From Ranitomeya imitator (taxonomy: Eukaryota): a stretch of DNA of 64,000 nucleotides. The notes under the pieces are model-generated. The model saw nothing but the letters and a program-made list of their open reading frames with translations, made no database searches and was not told where the DNA came from. A program made the translations under genes and the position numbers. Positions 40,881 through 54,800 of the stretch are shown here, piece by piece (position 1 is the first letter of the stretch; each line of letters opens with the position of its first letter). The DNA is taken from assembly GCF_032444005.1 (NCBI RefSeq), contig NC_091288.1, positions 220,038,001-220,102,000 of the forward strand, written 5' to 3'.

Positions 40881-42269
40881 GGAGTATTGTTGAAGCTGCG
40901 GGATCAGGGTCCTGCTAATCGAGTTCGCTCATCTCTCGCCATTACAGCTACGATGCATCCGATGCCCCCGAATAATTGGGTGATTAGCGGTACGGCTTCG
41001 TTCATGTCTCCCTCAGGGGTGCACCGAACTTTCACATTTGCTTCCATACCCAGCCATACCAAAAAAGGGTAGATTTGCCTTTCAGGACCCCAGGAAAGCT
41101 GGGTGAAGTGGCTTACAAAAGCTGCTCATCCAGAACATTTAAGGAACAGAAATTGACAATCGTCCGTAGTTCAGACAATGAGGTTTTCTTTCCACCCCTT
41201 TGTCCGCTTTTGTTTGGAAGCGGTAATTTCACTGTTTGCAAATGACTGTAAGCTAAAGTGGTTCTGCTGAGACTCTCCGTCAGCGCACGGCCGCCATTCC
41301 CCGCGGAACTGATCCTATCATCCACCACAATTCAGGCATTTCCTATAATCTTCATTTCTGGAAGAGCTGGGTGACAAGCAATGCGGCCCCCCGCCTCGCC
41401 ACATGCGACTGGTTATACTGGAGATGCGTCTCCATGATCCCAAGTCTGGGAGACCAGAATAAAGCCCAGTATTCTTGGATTATTTGCTGTTTGGGTGGTG
41501 CCCGGCCCGGTGCGGGGTCTGTGGACATTCTCAGTGGAGGTGTCCCAGGTTCCTCATTGTCAGAGCTCAGATAACGGCGTTTGCTTTGTTTCACTCTATT
41601 GTAGGTTTATCATTAACTCCTGGATTCTTCTTCTCAAGTTTCCAGATTCCAATCACTGGCGGAAACTTCCTTCATTTCGCACATTTTATGAGTAACGAGT
41701 TTGGAAGGAAGCGACATTAGCGGAAAAACTTAAACCTCTCGTTGCACAATTTCCACCAATTTTTGCAGCTTGACGATGAGTGTAAGAGCCTATAGAAATG
41801 TAATGGCACGTCGCCATGCTGTGTAGAGAGTCCTGGAAGGAGTCCGGTGGGCGGGCCTTCTGCGACTGATTATTCAACTCTTGGCCGTGTACTCACAACT
41901 TGTAAGTACAAGATCTGCTGTGAAGAAAGCTGAATATCGGCTGTATCTTATTGGACTTTACTACGCTCCTGTCCTTCTCCAGGGTCAGCAATGAAGCAGC
42001 GCCCCAAGCTGTACCGCCACTGTCTACACAAATACTGAGAAAAGGAAAAATAACCCATCCTTAAAGGGATACACAAGTAATGGCTAATTCAAGGTCATGG
42101 TCCGTGGGTCTCCAGGTAGCCGGGCAGTAACACAGGCCCCGGGAGCGGCTGTGCAGCTTTCGCTCTTCACAATGGCCTCTGTGTTCTTTGGCTCAATAAC
42201 AAAGTAAAGTGACACTTAATCCGCAGGAGCATAATACATAAACCCTGTACAAACACCGTATGCACCACA

Positions 42270-44870
42270 CTGCCAGCCATGTAGATCACCGGCCAGCCAC
42301 GTATATCAACGACGAGCCACGTATATCACCGACCAGCCACGTATATCACGGACCAGCCATATATATCACCGACCAGCCACGTATATCACCGACCAGCCAC
42401 GTATATCACCGACCAGCCATATATATCACCGACCAGCCATGTATATCACCGACCAGCCACGTATATCACCGACCAGCCATGTATATCACCGACCAGCCAT
42501 ATATATCACCGACCAGCCACATAGTCCACCGACCAGCCACATAGATCACTGACCAGCCACATAGATCAATAACCAGCCACATAGTTCACCGATCAGACAC
42601 ATAGATCACTGACCAGCCACATAGATCACCGACCTGTCACATAGATTAATAACCAGCCACGTAGATCACTGACCAGCCTCATAGATGAATTACCAGCCAC
42701 GTAGATCACTGACCAGCCACATAGATTAATAACCAGCCACGTAGATCACTGACCAGCCACATAGATTAATTACCAGCCACGTAGATCACTGACCAGCCAC
42801 ATAGATTAATAACCAGCCACGTAGATCACTGACCAGCCACATAGATTAATAACCAGCCACATAGATCATAGTAACATAGTAACATAGTTAGTAAGGCCGA
42901 AAAAAGACATTTGTCCATCCAGTTCAGCCTATATTCCATCATAATAAATCCCCAGATCTACGTCCTTCTACAGAACCTAATAATTGTATGATACAATATT
43001 GTTCTGCTCCAGGAAGACATCCAGGCCTCTCTTGAACCCCTCGACTGAGTTCGCCATCACCACCTCCTCAGGCAAGCAATTCCAGAATCTCACTGCCCTA
43101 ACAGTAAAGAATCCTCTGCTATGTTGGTGGAAAAACCTTCTCTCCTCCAGACGCAAAGAATGCCCCCTTGTGCCCGTCACCTTCCTTGGTATAAATAGAT
43201 CCTCAGCGAGATATTTGTATTGTCCCCTTATATACTTATACATGGTTATTAGATCGCCCCTCAGTCGTCTTTTTTCTAGACTAAATAATCCTAATTTCGC
43301 TAATCTATCTGGGTATTGTAGTTCTCCCATCCCCTTTATTAATTTTGTTGCCCTCCTTTGTACTCTCTCTAGTTCCATTATATCCTTCATGAGCACCGGT
43401 GCCCAAAACTGGACACAGTACTCCATGTGCGGTCTAACTAGGGATTTGTACAGAGGCAGTATAATGCTCTCATCATGTGTATCCAGACCTCTTTTAATGC
43501 ACCCCATGATCCTGTTAGCCTTGGCAGCTGCTGCCTGGCACTGGCTGCTCCAGGTAAGTTTATCATTAACTAGGATCCCCAAGTCCTTCTCCCTGTCAGA
43601 TTTACCCAGTGGTTTCCCATTCAGTGTGTAATGGTGACATTGATTCCCTCTTCCCATGTGTATAACCTTACATTTATCATTGTTAAACCTCATCTGCCAC
43701 CTTTCAGCCCAAGTTTCCAACTTATCCAGATCCATCTGTAGCAGAATACTATCTTCTCTTGTATTAACTGCTTTACATAGTTTTGTATCATCTGCAAATA
43801 TCGATATTTTACTGTGTAAACCTTCTACCAGATCATTAATGAATATGTTGAAGAGAACAGGTCCCAATACTGACCCCTGCGGTACCCCACTGGTCACAGC
43901 GACCCAGTTGGAGACTATACCATTTATAACCACCCTCTGCTTTCTATCACTAAGCCAGTTACTAACCCATTTACACACATTTTCCCCCAGACCAAGCATT
44001 CTCATTTTGTGTACCAACCTCTTGTGCGGCACGGTATCAAACGCTTTGGAAAAATCGAGATATACCACGTCCAATGACTCACCGTGGTCCAGCCTATAGC
44101 TTACCTCTTCATAAAAACTGATTAGATTGGTTTGACAGGAGCGATTTCTCATAAACCCATGCTGATATGGAGTTAAACAGTTATTCTCATTGAGATAATC
44201 CAGAATAACATCCCTCAGAAACCCTTCAAATATTTTACCAACAATAGAGGTTAGACTTACTGGCCTATAATTTCCAGGTTCACTTTTAGAGCCCTTTTTG
44301 AATATTGGCACCACATTTGCTATGCGCCAATCCTGCGGAACAGATCCTGTCGCTATAGAGTCCCTAAAAATAAGAAATAATGGTTTATCTATTACATTAC
44401 TTAGTTCCCTTAGTACTCGTGGGTGTATGCCATCCGGACCCGGAGATTTATCTATTTTAATAAATATTCTATGTGGCTGATCACCGACCAGCCACATAGA
44501 ATAACCAGCCAGAGATCACCGACCAGCCACGTAGATTAATAACCAGCCACATAGATCACTGACCAGCCACATAGATTAATAACCAGCCACGTAGATCACT
44601 GACCACCCACATAGATCACCGACCAGCCACATAGATCACCGACCAGCCACATAGAATAACCAGCCACAGAGATCACCGACCAGCCACGTAGATTAATAAC
44701 CAGCCATGTAGATCACTGACCAGCCACATAGATTAATAACCAGCCACGTAGATCACTGACCACCCACATAGATCACCGACCAGCCATATAGATCACCGAC
44801 CAGCCACATAGAATAACCAGCCACATAGATTAATAACCCGCCACGTAGATCACCGACCAGCCACGTCATC
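42270..44870. repeat. 20-bp minisatellite (cagccacatagatcactgac) split by a CR1 insertion
   Basis: Array on both sides (42270-42870 and 44480-44870). Confidence 0.9.
42870..44460 (-). mobile_element. CR1 LINE, 5'-truncated, uninterrupted RT ORF
   Basis: [58 protein letters not shown]; (CTATGTTA)n 3' tail at 42870-42890. Confidence 0.93.
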
Positions 44871-46734
44871 TAAATGTTATCATCTGGGATCAAAAATGCT
44901 GCTGGTGCGACTTCCATCGAATTACTGGAAGAATGTACCATTTAATATTACGTGCCCCACAATGCACTGCTGCACTCTCATCTGTAGAACTGTTCGTTCT
45001 GAGCCTCTGGGTCATGGAGAGAATAACTACACTCCAGTGAAGACGGACAGCGAGACAGAAAAGTGCGTGAGCATCAAGAGGTTCTGCAGATTTACTTGCC
45101 ATTTTGTATGTGTGGCAGTGAGACCCTCTGTAGGCGATGTACTTGGTAGTTGTTATCCAGCATCACGTAGCAGACCAGTATCACTCATGTATCACTCATG
45201 GATGCTTCGGGAGCTGTTGTGACATTGCTTTGTCCCAGGCAGTATGAGACCCTCTGTAGGCGATGTACTTGGTGGTTGTTATCCGGCATCAAATAGCAGA
45301 CCAGTATAATTATTGGGCGACTCGGGAGCTTCTGGTTGTCTTACACTGGTTGGTTTGTTCCAGGCAGTATGAGAATGTGGCACACCTAGGGGTATTTGCC
45401 ACAAAAATAGTTACTGACAGTAAATGCAAATACTAAAATAGCAAGACTGCACTACCACCTCCGGCCAGAAGGGGGAGCTCCAGAGACTCCCCTTGATCCA
45501 TTCTGGTCTGAGAGAAGAACTGGCAGTTGGGCTAAGGAGCTGATAGTGAGAGGTCATACAGTTAAATCTCTAACAGCTCTGTGACTGTTACCAGGCCTAA
45601 ATCACCGGCCTGAGGAGAAGAGGGATAGAGAAAAAGGACATTGTGAGAACCGGGTAGCATTAATCACTACCCAGAACAGGCGCAAAGACGGATACCGGAT
45701 TCGTGGCTGTATTCATTATATATAATACAGCAACCGGAAAAACGTGAGGTGATATCAGCTTCACTAGGGCCGGACGCAGCAACAGACACAGAGTTCAGCG
45801 GTACTCCCAGAGGAGGTAAACCGATAAAAGGACTCGGGTTGCCCGTCGAACCAGGACCCGGAGGGGACAGATTGGGCCGGCAGCCAGTTCACATACAGCA
45901 GCAGGGCCACACAGAAATTGCGCACAATAAGAGGCAAAGACCCCGGCAGGGTCAAAGTAACTCAGAGTTCCCATACAGACTCCGGTGACAGGACTGGTTG
46001 TAAATCCTTTTATTTTAAAGTAAACTGGTTAAACGTTTCAGTGCCTCAGTCTTTCATTTGGACAATAGCCATCTATCCAGGATCGTGATCGTCACCGCTG
46101 GGAGAACCTGCTGCTGATCAAGTAAGTGCCTGTCCCCTCATGATACCCCTTACACTGTGCATTGCCTGAGGCCACAGCACCGGGTCAAGCCACCCGTGAC
46201 ATCCCCCTCAAGAGACAGACTCCATTGGTCCGGTGCTGGCTATCCCGGTCTCCTGGGCGTCACAATTGGCGTCACGAACAGGATCTAGCCAGCCCGTATA
46301 CCGGGTATTGTGTGCCGTGATTGGAGCCCAAAACTGTGAAAACTGGGATGAAAAATCTTGAAAATTGACTTTATTAAAGAAAAATCCATTCCCCATTGAA
46401 AACTATTGAAAGTGACTTTTCCCCATTGGTTATAATGGAGTAAAGATGGCCGCCATCCCCTGAGGTAATCACTTCATAACCGTTAGGCACGAGACTGTTA
46501 ATTGAGCTACGCCATCACCTGAGCCCCAGTCTAACTGAAAAACTTCAGAATCCGCCATTACAGAGCGCGGTGGGTGGGAGCAGCAGGGGGCGTGTCATTG
46601 TGGGCGGCACCAAGCTGAGCACTCTGACATCAGAGCAAGGGGAAAATCGATCCTGCTGCACAGCGGAACGAATCTACACTATCCCGACGGAAGCGGAGGA
46701 CCGGAAGGGTCCGGATTAACTAAGGGGGCACAGT

Positions 46735-47758
46735 ATGTCGCAGCACGGAGACGCCGCAGCACCCGGCGACGCTAATGCAGCTGAAAGACAGAGTGTCGAT
46801 AGAGAGTCCGGTAGCGCAGCGGTGCAAGGAGTGGCGCCCATCATGCCGGTGCTGATGCCATATACCCCGGGTGGCCCATGGCTTCCAATGTATGAAGGTG
46901 AGCCTAATACCCTTGACGATTTCAGAGAAAAGATGCTGGCCCATTTTGACATGTTCCCTGTGGGTGAAGTTCAGCGTGTTAGTCTCCTGATGATGCAGTT
47001 AAGTGGCCATGCTAAGCGAGAAGTCACAGCATGGGCAGCTGATCTAAAAGGCACTGTTGAACGCATATTTGCTGGATTAAAAGCTACATTTGAAACCACG
47101 GCCAGCAGCAAAGCTAAAATACGATTCTTTAATTGCAAACAAAAAGCTAATGAGGGCGTGAGAGACTTTGCCTTAAACCTGCAGGAAGCCCTTAAATCAC
47201 TTACACTGGCTGAACCCATTTTTAACACCGGAGCGGATAAACTGCTAAGAGATCAATTTATTGAGGGACTCTACACCCCTTCTCACCGGGGGCATGTGAG
47301 CATGCTTGTTTTTAAGAACCCAATTAAAGGAGAGCGTTATACATCTCCAGCTGGCAGAGGCACCTCGGGATCAGGAGCCTGCGCAACCCATGGCAGAGGC
47401 ACCTCAACAACAGGGAGTGCCAGTGACATCAGCTATGTCTGGGGCCATTGCTAAGCCCCTGGGGCCCAGTACTAATGAGGCTCTTCAACAAAACCTTGAC
47501 TCTTTAGCTGATGTTGTTGCTTCAATGGCTAAAACCATGCAGGAGATGAGAGGACATAAGATGGAGTTGGCAAACTGTAGAGAGGATGTTCCATGGATGA
47601 GACCCCGGAGATACCCGACATGGAGAGGACGACCCCGCGACCGCTACCTACCGGATGGACAGCTCATTTGCCGCCATTGCCAGCAGCCGGGCCACTTTGC
47701 ACGAGATTGTGATTTAAACAGGAATCCCCTGGGAATGCGGGCCGCTTCGCAGGAATGA
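46735..47758 (+). pseudogene. Gypsy gag (frameshift or deletion near 47315) with CCHC zinc knuckle
   Basis: ORFs 46735-47454 and 47306-47758; capsid-like QKANEGVRDFALNLQ...LRDQFIEGL; CRHCQQPGHFARDC. Confidence 0.85.
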
Positions 47759-50700
47759 ACTTTCAAGGCCCAACACCCTGGCACGACAGGTACATCGGAG
47801 GACGACCCATTATCCCTATCGTGCTGGACGGAATTCCCCTCAACGCTTTGCTGGACACAGGTTCCCAGATTTCATCTATACCGTATATCCTTTATAAGAG
47901 GTACTGGGCTGATGCAGATATTGATAAAGGGCCCTCTGATGTTGAACTAGATATATGGGCCAGTAATGGTAAGTTGGTACCGAAACTAGGATTCAGGGAG
48001 ATGACCATAAAGATTGGTAAAGTAGAACTGAAGAAACAGGGTATAATTGTTGTTGATGTTGACCGGCGGAACTGTGAACCAACTGTATTGATAGGAATGA
48101 ATGTGTTAGAGAACTGCTTTTCCGAAGTCATTTCTGTCTTACAGCAAATTGCTGAAACTGCCCAATCCTGCCAGCAGAGAGTTCTCCGGAGGGAAATAAA
48201 AGTATTGATGTTAAGGCAACAGGTAGAAGTTGCAGGTGGAGAAATCGGCAGTGTGAGGGTAAGTGATCCAACGTCTATTGTAATCCCACCAAAAACAGAA
48301 ATGCTGGTATGGTGTAGAGCAGCCATTGGTACTAAGGGACGAGATTATCAAGCCTTAATAGAACCAGTGTACACCGACAGCAGGCCCACTATACTCACAG
48401 CACGAGTGATAGTCGAGGTACACCGGGGACGAGTGCCGGTACGACTTTTGAACTGTGGAGAGGAAGAGGTCACTTTGCCAAGGTATGCTACAATGGCAAA
48501 GCTATATACTGTTGACAACAATGCCATCACAACCATTGAGCCCTTAGAACCAACCTGTCAGGTGGAGGGCAATGGCTCAGATGGAGAAATGGAGGATTGG
48601 TGCCAACAGCTACACGTGGGCATAAATTCAACACCTACCCATCAAAAACAAGGGGTGTATAGGCTAGTGACGGAATATGAACAAGTCTTCAGTAAACACC
48701 CATTGGACTTCGGACGGATAGAAGGGGTAGAACACACAATCCCCACAGGTGACCATCCCCCAATAAAAGAAAGATATAGACCCATACCGCCCGCTCACTA
48801 TCAATGTGCAAAAGATATGCTGAGGGAAATGAAACAGGCCGGGGTAATAAGAGACAGCTGTAGCCCCTGGGCGGCCCCTCTAGTGATTGTCAAAAAAAAG
48901 GACGGAACCATGAGAATGTGCGTAGACTACCGGAAGATTAATAACATCACCCATAAAGACGCCTACCCCTTGCCTAGGATAGAAGAGTCCTTAACTGCTT
49001 TGAAATCTGCTAATTATTTTTCCACCTTAGACTTAACAAGCGGGTATTGGCAAGTCCCTGTGGCTGAGCGAGATAAGGAAAAGACGGCATTCACCACACC
49101 AATGGGTCTATGTGAATTTAATCGCATGCCGTTCGGACTCTGCAACGCATCCGGTACCTTCCAGCGGCTGATGGAATGCTGCCTCGGACACAAGAACTTC
49201 GAGACCGTCCTCCTGTACCTAGATGATGTGATCGTCTACTCAAAGACTTACGAACAACACTTAATAGACCTGGCAGAAGTGTTCGAAGCCTTATCCAGGT
49301 ATGGCATGAAAGTCAAGCCATCCAAATGTCACCTTCTCAAGCCAAAGGTACAGTACCTGGGACACATCGTGAGTTCGGAGGGAGTAGCACCATATCCCGA
49401 GAAAATAAGCGCCATAAGGGATTGGCCAAGACCTACCAGCGCAAAAGAAGTGAGACAATTCCTGGGATTGGTGGGTTACTATCGCAGATTTATAAAAGGA
49501 TTTACCAAGTTGGCAGCACCCTTGCAAGACACCTTGGTAGGGCAGACGAAGAAACCTTCAAACCGAAACCCTCCTTTTCAGTGGAACGACGAAAGGGAAG
49601 ACTCCTTTGAACAACTAAAGAAGGCACTAACCGGAGAAGAGGTTCTGGCATACCCAGATTACCATCAACCTTTCATCCTCTACACCGATGCCAGTAATGT
49701 GGGACTAGGAGCGGTGCTGTCACAAAAGCAAGAAGGTCGGGAGAAAGTCATCGCCTTTGCAAGTAGAAAGCTCCGGCCTACTGAAAGAAATTCAGAAAAT
49801 TACAGCTCCTTCAAATTGGAACTACTGGCAGTAGTTTGGGCTGTGACGTAGCGTTTCAAACACTATCTGGCCGCTGCAGAATTTATTGTCTATACTGACA
49901 ACAATCCGTTGACCCACCTGGACACAGCCAAATTAGGTGCGTTAGAACAGCAATGGATAGCCCGGTTATCTAATTACAACTTCATAATCAAGTATCGAGC
50001 AGGTCGCAAGAATGGAAATGCCGATGCCCTATCCCGGATGCCACACTTGAGAGATGTAGAAGAGGAAACGGGGGAGCTTGAAGAAATTGAACTACCAGCG
50101 TTCCATCGTCCCAAGGCAAAACATCATCAGTCAAGTACCTATCAGAAACAACAAGAGGTGAATTTTAATCCGTTAGCACACCATAGATGGGCTGACACCC
50201 AAGACAGCAATCCGGCTGTGAAGTTGGTGAAGGAACTGTTGACTGAGCAAAGTGCATATCCCGATGAGGATGCCCCAGAAGAGAGGCATCAACTCTGGAA
50301 AGAGAGAGGCAAAATGTTCCTGTATCAAGGGAAGCTCTGTAGAAGATACACCAATCCGAAAACACATGAATTGGTTTGGCAGATTATTGTGCCTAAACAA
50401 GATGTGAAGATGGTCCTCGAAGCTTACCATAATGGTGCTGGTCACTTCGGTTGGAAAAAGTTAGAAGTACTTCTAAGAGAAAGATTTTATTGGGTCGGGA
50501 TGAGAAAATCAATCGAACAGTGGTGCAGAAATTGTGGCCCGTGCAACCTCAGAAGAAACGATCAAAAGAACCAAAGAGCACCACTGCAGCCCATAATCAC
50601 CAAACAACCACTTGAACTTGTAGCCATGGACCACGTGAAGTTGACACCAAGCCGGTCTGGCTATGTCTATGCCTTGACCATCGTGGACCATTATTCACGC

Positions 50701-51891
50701 TTCTTGGTAGTAGTACCCGTAAAAGATCTGATAGCAAAAACAGCAGCCAAAGCGTTCCAAACGTACTTTTGTAGACCCCATGGATATCCGGAACAGGTTC
50801 TCACCGACCAAGGTACAGCCTTTGAATCAGAGATCTTCAGAGAATTCTGTAATATGTATGGTTGCAAAAAGATCCGGACGACGGCCTATCATCCACAAAC
50901 AAACGGCTTATGCGAGAAGATGAACCATATTGTAATAGACCTACTAAAGACTTTACCTGAGACAGAAAGGAATCAATGGCCAGAGAAATTGCCTGACTTG
51001 GTGGATCTGTATAATCATGTCCCGGTGAGCTCCACCAACTGCACCCCAGCTTACCTTATGCGTGCAAGACCCGGCCAATTACCAATCGATCTAGAAATGG
51101 GAATTCTGAAACCAGACGCAGAAGTTCAAGACTCCAATTGGGATATCATACGGCAAAAGCAGTATCGCCAAGTGCAAGAGAGTGTGGAAAGAAGCCTTCA
51201 GCAAACTAGAGAAGGACAAGAGCGAACTTTCAACCAGAATGCTCTAGCGACCCCATTAAGACCGGGTGACCAAGTGCTCAAGAGAAATCGTCGAACCAAT
51301 AAACTGGACAATCAGTGGGAAGCCGTACCCTACACAGTTTTACCAACAAGAGTGGATAATCCTAAAATGTGTCTCATTAGCAAAAACGGAGGCTTAACAT
51401 CTGTACTAGTGTCAAGAGACAATCTTAAATTATGTCCGGAAGCATTGAAAGAGCCAGACGTTGTCCAGCCAGAACCAGAAGTTATTCAACCCATACAGGT
51501 TCAACCAGTAAAGGAAAAAGAAGAGGAAGTGTATCACACCTGTATAGGAGACTTTCCCAAAACCCTACTAACATACCATGGTGCAGTAGTGGTTCCCATG
51601 GTGGCCTTTTACCCAACACCGAACCCAATACCAGAAGTCCCAAGACAGGAAGAGGCTGGCCCCGTACTACAGGAGGTTCCAGGCCAGGAAGAACAGATTC
51701 CTGATCAGAGTAATCCCATTCACGGTGGACTTGCCAACTCCATAGTCATGGAATTATATTTAGCAGAGCGGGCAGATACTACATCCGCAGTAGACAGTAG
51801 TACACCACATGAAGAGATACCGCTATTACGCAGATCACAGCGTAGTACCCAGGGTCAATTACCGGCCAGGTATGCAGATTACCAACTATAA
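47713..51891 (+). pseudogene. Gypsy pol (protease, RT, RNase H, integrase) broken by one TAG at 49849-49851
   Basis: LLDTGS; RMCVDYRK...LDLTSGYWQV...YLDDVI; LYTDAS...ELLAVVWAVT*RFKHYL; integrase H..AGH...C..C, D-D-E; C-terminal GPY/F-like region. Confidence 0.9.
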
Positions 51892-54800
51892 AGCTCATAA
51901 TGTGAATTGTATATATGTTATGCCGTATATAGTTAAACAGAAAATGTAGTATAGTCATTGTTATCAGTCTGCAACGTTTAAGCCCAGTGCCTACAGAGAC
52001 TTGTCTGTATGAACTTCTTGCATATTCTTGAACTTTTTATCAGCCCGGAGGCACTAAATCAAAGCTCCGGAAAGACTGCTTTTTGAACTTTGCTTTTTGC
52101 TCTTTTTAAACTTTCTTTAGACGTTATATTGATAACTCCGTTGGAAAAATGGAACTAAATTATTGGACACAAAGTGCAGTGCCTTTCCTAGTACCTTCAA
52201 GGATAGAACTGTATTAATGGACGCTATTTGAAGTGACTTTTTACAGAACTATATTTTTGTTTCCTTGAGTGGTTTTTGTAACTTTTCATTTTTAAGACTC
52301 TGTACATATTAATTGTTATTTCAAAATGTTATTGTCCCACAGTCCCGGAGTACTGTTCTTAACTAAGGGGGAATGTGGCACCCCTAGGGGTATTTGCCAC
52401 AAAAATAGTTACTGACAGTAAATGCAAATACTAAAATAGCAAGACTGCACTACCACCTCCGGCCAGAAGGGGGAGCTCCAGAGACTCCCCTTGATCCATT
52501 CTGGTCTGAGAGAAGAACTGGCAGTTGGGCAGTTGGGCTAAGGAGCTGATAGTGAGAGGTCATACAGCTGAATTTCTAACAGCCCTATGACGGTTTCCAG
52601 GCCCAAATCACCGGCCTGAGGAGAAGAGGGATAGAGAAAAAGGACATTGTGAGAACCGGGTAGCATTAATCACTACCCAGAACAGGCGCAAAGACGGATA
52701 CCGGATCCGTGGCTGTATTTATTATGGCTGTATTTATTATATAATACAGCAACCGGATAAACGTGAGGTGATATCAGCTTCACTAGGGCCGGACGCAGCA
52801 ACAGACACAGAGTTCAGCGGTACTCCTGGAGGGGGTAAGCCGATAAAAGGACTCGGGTTGCCCGTCGAACCAGGACCCGGAGGGGACAGATTGGGCCGGC
52901 AGCCAGTTCACATACAGCAGCAGGGCCACACAGAAATTGCGCACAATAAGAGGCGAAGACCCCGGCAGGGTCAAAGTAACTCAGAGTTCCCATACAGACT
53001 CCGGTGACAGGACTGGTTGTAAATCCTTTTATGTTAAAGTAAACTGGTTAAACGTTTCAGTGCCTCAGTCTTTCATTTGGACAACAGCCATCTATCCAGG
53101 ATCGGGATCGTCACCGCTGGGAGAACCTGCTGCTGATCAAGTAAGTGCCTGTCCCCTCATGATACCCCTTACACTGTGCATTGCCTGAGGCCACAGCACC
53201 GGGTCAAGCCACCCGTGACATCCCCCTCAAGAGACAGACTCCATTGGTCCGGTGCTGGGTATCCCGGTCTCCTGGGCGTCACAAGACCATCTGTGGATTA
53301 TGTACTTGATGGTTGTTTTCCAGACTCACACAGCAGACTGTTATCACTCTAGGAAGATTCAGGGGCTTCTGGATGTTGTGACATTGGTTTTCCCCAGGCA
53401 GGATGAGACCCTCTGCAGGCAACGTACTTGGTAGTTGTTTTCCAGCATCACATAGCACACCAGTATAACTTATGGACAACTTGGAGGCTGTTTTAACATT
53501 TGTATGAACCAGACATTGGTTTGACCCTTCTGTGGGCGATGCACTTGATGGTTGTTTTCTAGCATCACATAGCACACCAGTATAACTCATGCACAACATC
53601 GGGGATGCTGGATGTTGTGACACTAGTTTGTTCCAGGCTGGTAGTTGAGGCACCTGCTGATGCATGTTCCCAGGGCCCATCCCAAATCATCGGAGAAGTA
53701 TCACAATCATCCAAGTACGACTTTTCCATGTCATTTCAACAGTCAGAGTTGTCAGGCCTGAAACCGCCACACCTAAGTTACACAACACCTGGCAGCTAAG
53801 TAGATTCCTGAGATCTGAGAACTTCTGGGAAGGAGGTGACCTGATGACATCACTGATCCAGAATCCCGTCCTCAGCGTCCATCACCAGCAGAGTCATAGA
53901 TGTTTCTGTAGTATGTGTATAAGAGGTGACATAATTACTGGTACATGACATAGTTTGCCTTCAATGGTATGAACTCGATATCCTATAAAACCTATAGCCA
54001 AAAATGGCCCCCAAAAAGCCAACGGGGCAAATAGAAGTGAAACAAGACTTTCCCTGTTTCTTGAGATCTCAGATGAAGGAAGTCATGTGCCCACTTTCAC
54101 CCTCCCAAGTTATCTCACACATGGCTGTCTAGTTTTTATGGCCGTGCCACTAGTGACGTACTACTGGGAAGAGCATTGATGTCAATGTGTCAGATCATGC
54201 GAAATCTTCCTGACAGTTTCAACCAATTTCGAGGTGACTTGTCGTTGCCGACTTGTCTTTAGGATTCGTGCTTTAGAAGACAATGTTGTAAGTTAAAATG
54301 ACGAATCGCAGATTGATAATTCCTCGTTTTGGTCTGAGCTTCTATTGATGGGATGCACACGTTTGAACTCGACAGAGGCATGAAAATCCAACATGATGGA
54401 TGGACTGTCACACTCCCTGGTGTCACAGAAAAATGCTGAGTATCGGCAGAAAATGGACAAAACTGGACATTCAAAAGGGCAGGTTTAGACCACGCTGACA
54501 TCCATCTGGTGAGATCTACGGACGTGTCACTTGCTGGAGAACGGTCACTTGCTGTCGGACTGGATACAGGTCTTACAGTAGAATAGCAGCCACTGTTTAA
54601 GGGCCATGATTAAGGACACCATCTTTCCACCCTCCTGGATTTTTGCTTTCCTCAGAGTAAGTGGAGGAGCAGCCACATCCCCATCCATGCGCCGGCGATA
54701 CGCTTTCTGTAGAGCTGTGCCTGGTCCCATGCACAACCTCATTCGGTGAGCATCTGTCTATCCTGTTGGGTCTACGGTTACTTGCAGTCTTCCACCATAC

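Larger units (their letters stand above)
45376..53283 (+). mobile_element. Near full-length Ty3/Gypsy LTR retrotransposon (gag frameshifted, one nonsense codon in RNase H)
   Basis: LTRs 45376-46264 and 52374-53283 (TG...CA); PBS 46267-46284; PPT AAGGGGGAA 52365-52373; TSD AGAA/AGAC (3 of 4 match); domain order PR-RT-RH-IN. Confidence 0.96.

Noticed and set aside
49849-49851. Programmed readthrough of the TAG in Gypsy pol
   Set aside because: It falls mid-RNase H at a position normally Glu (WAVTERF), so a GAG>TAG point mutation is simpler.
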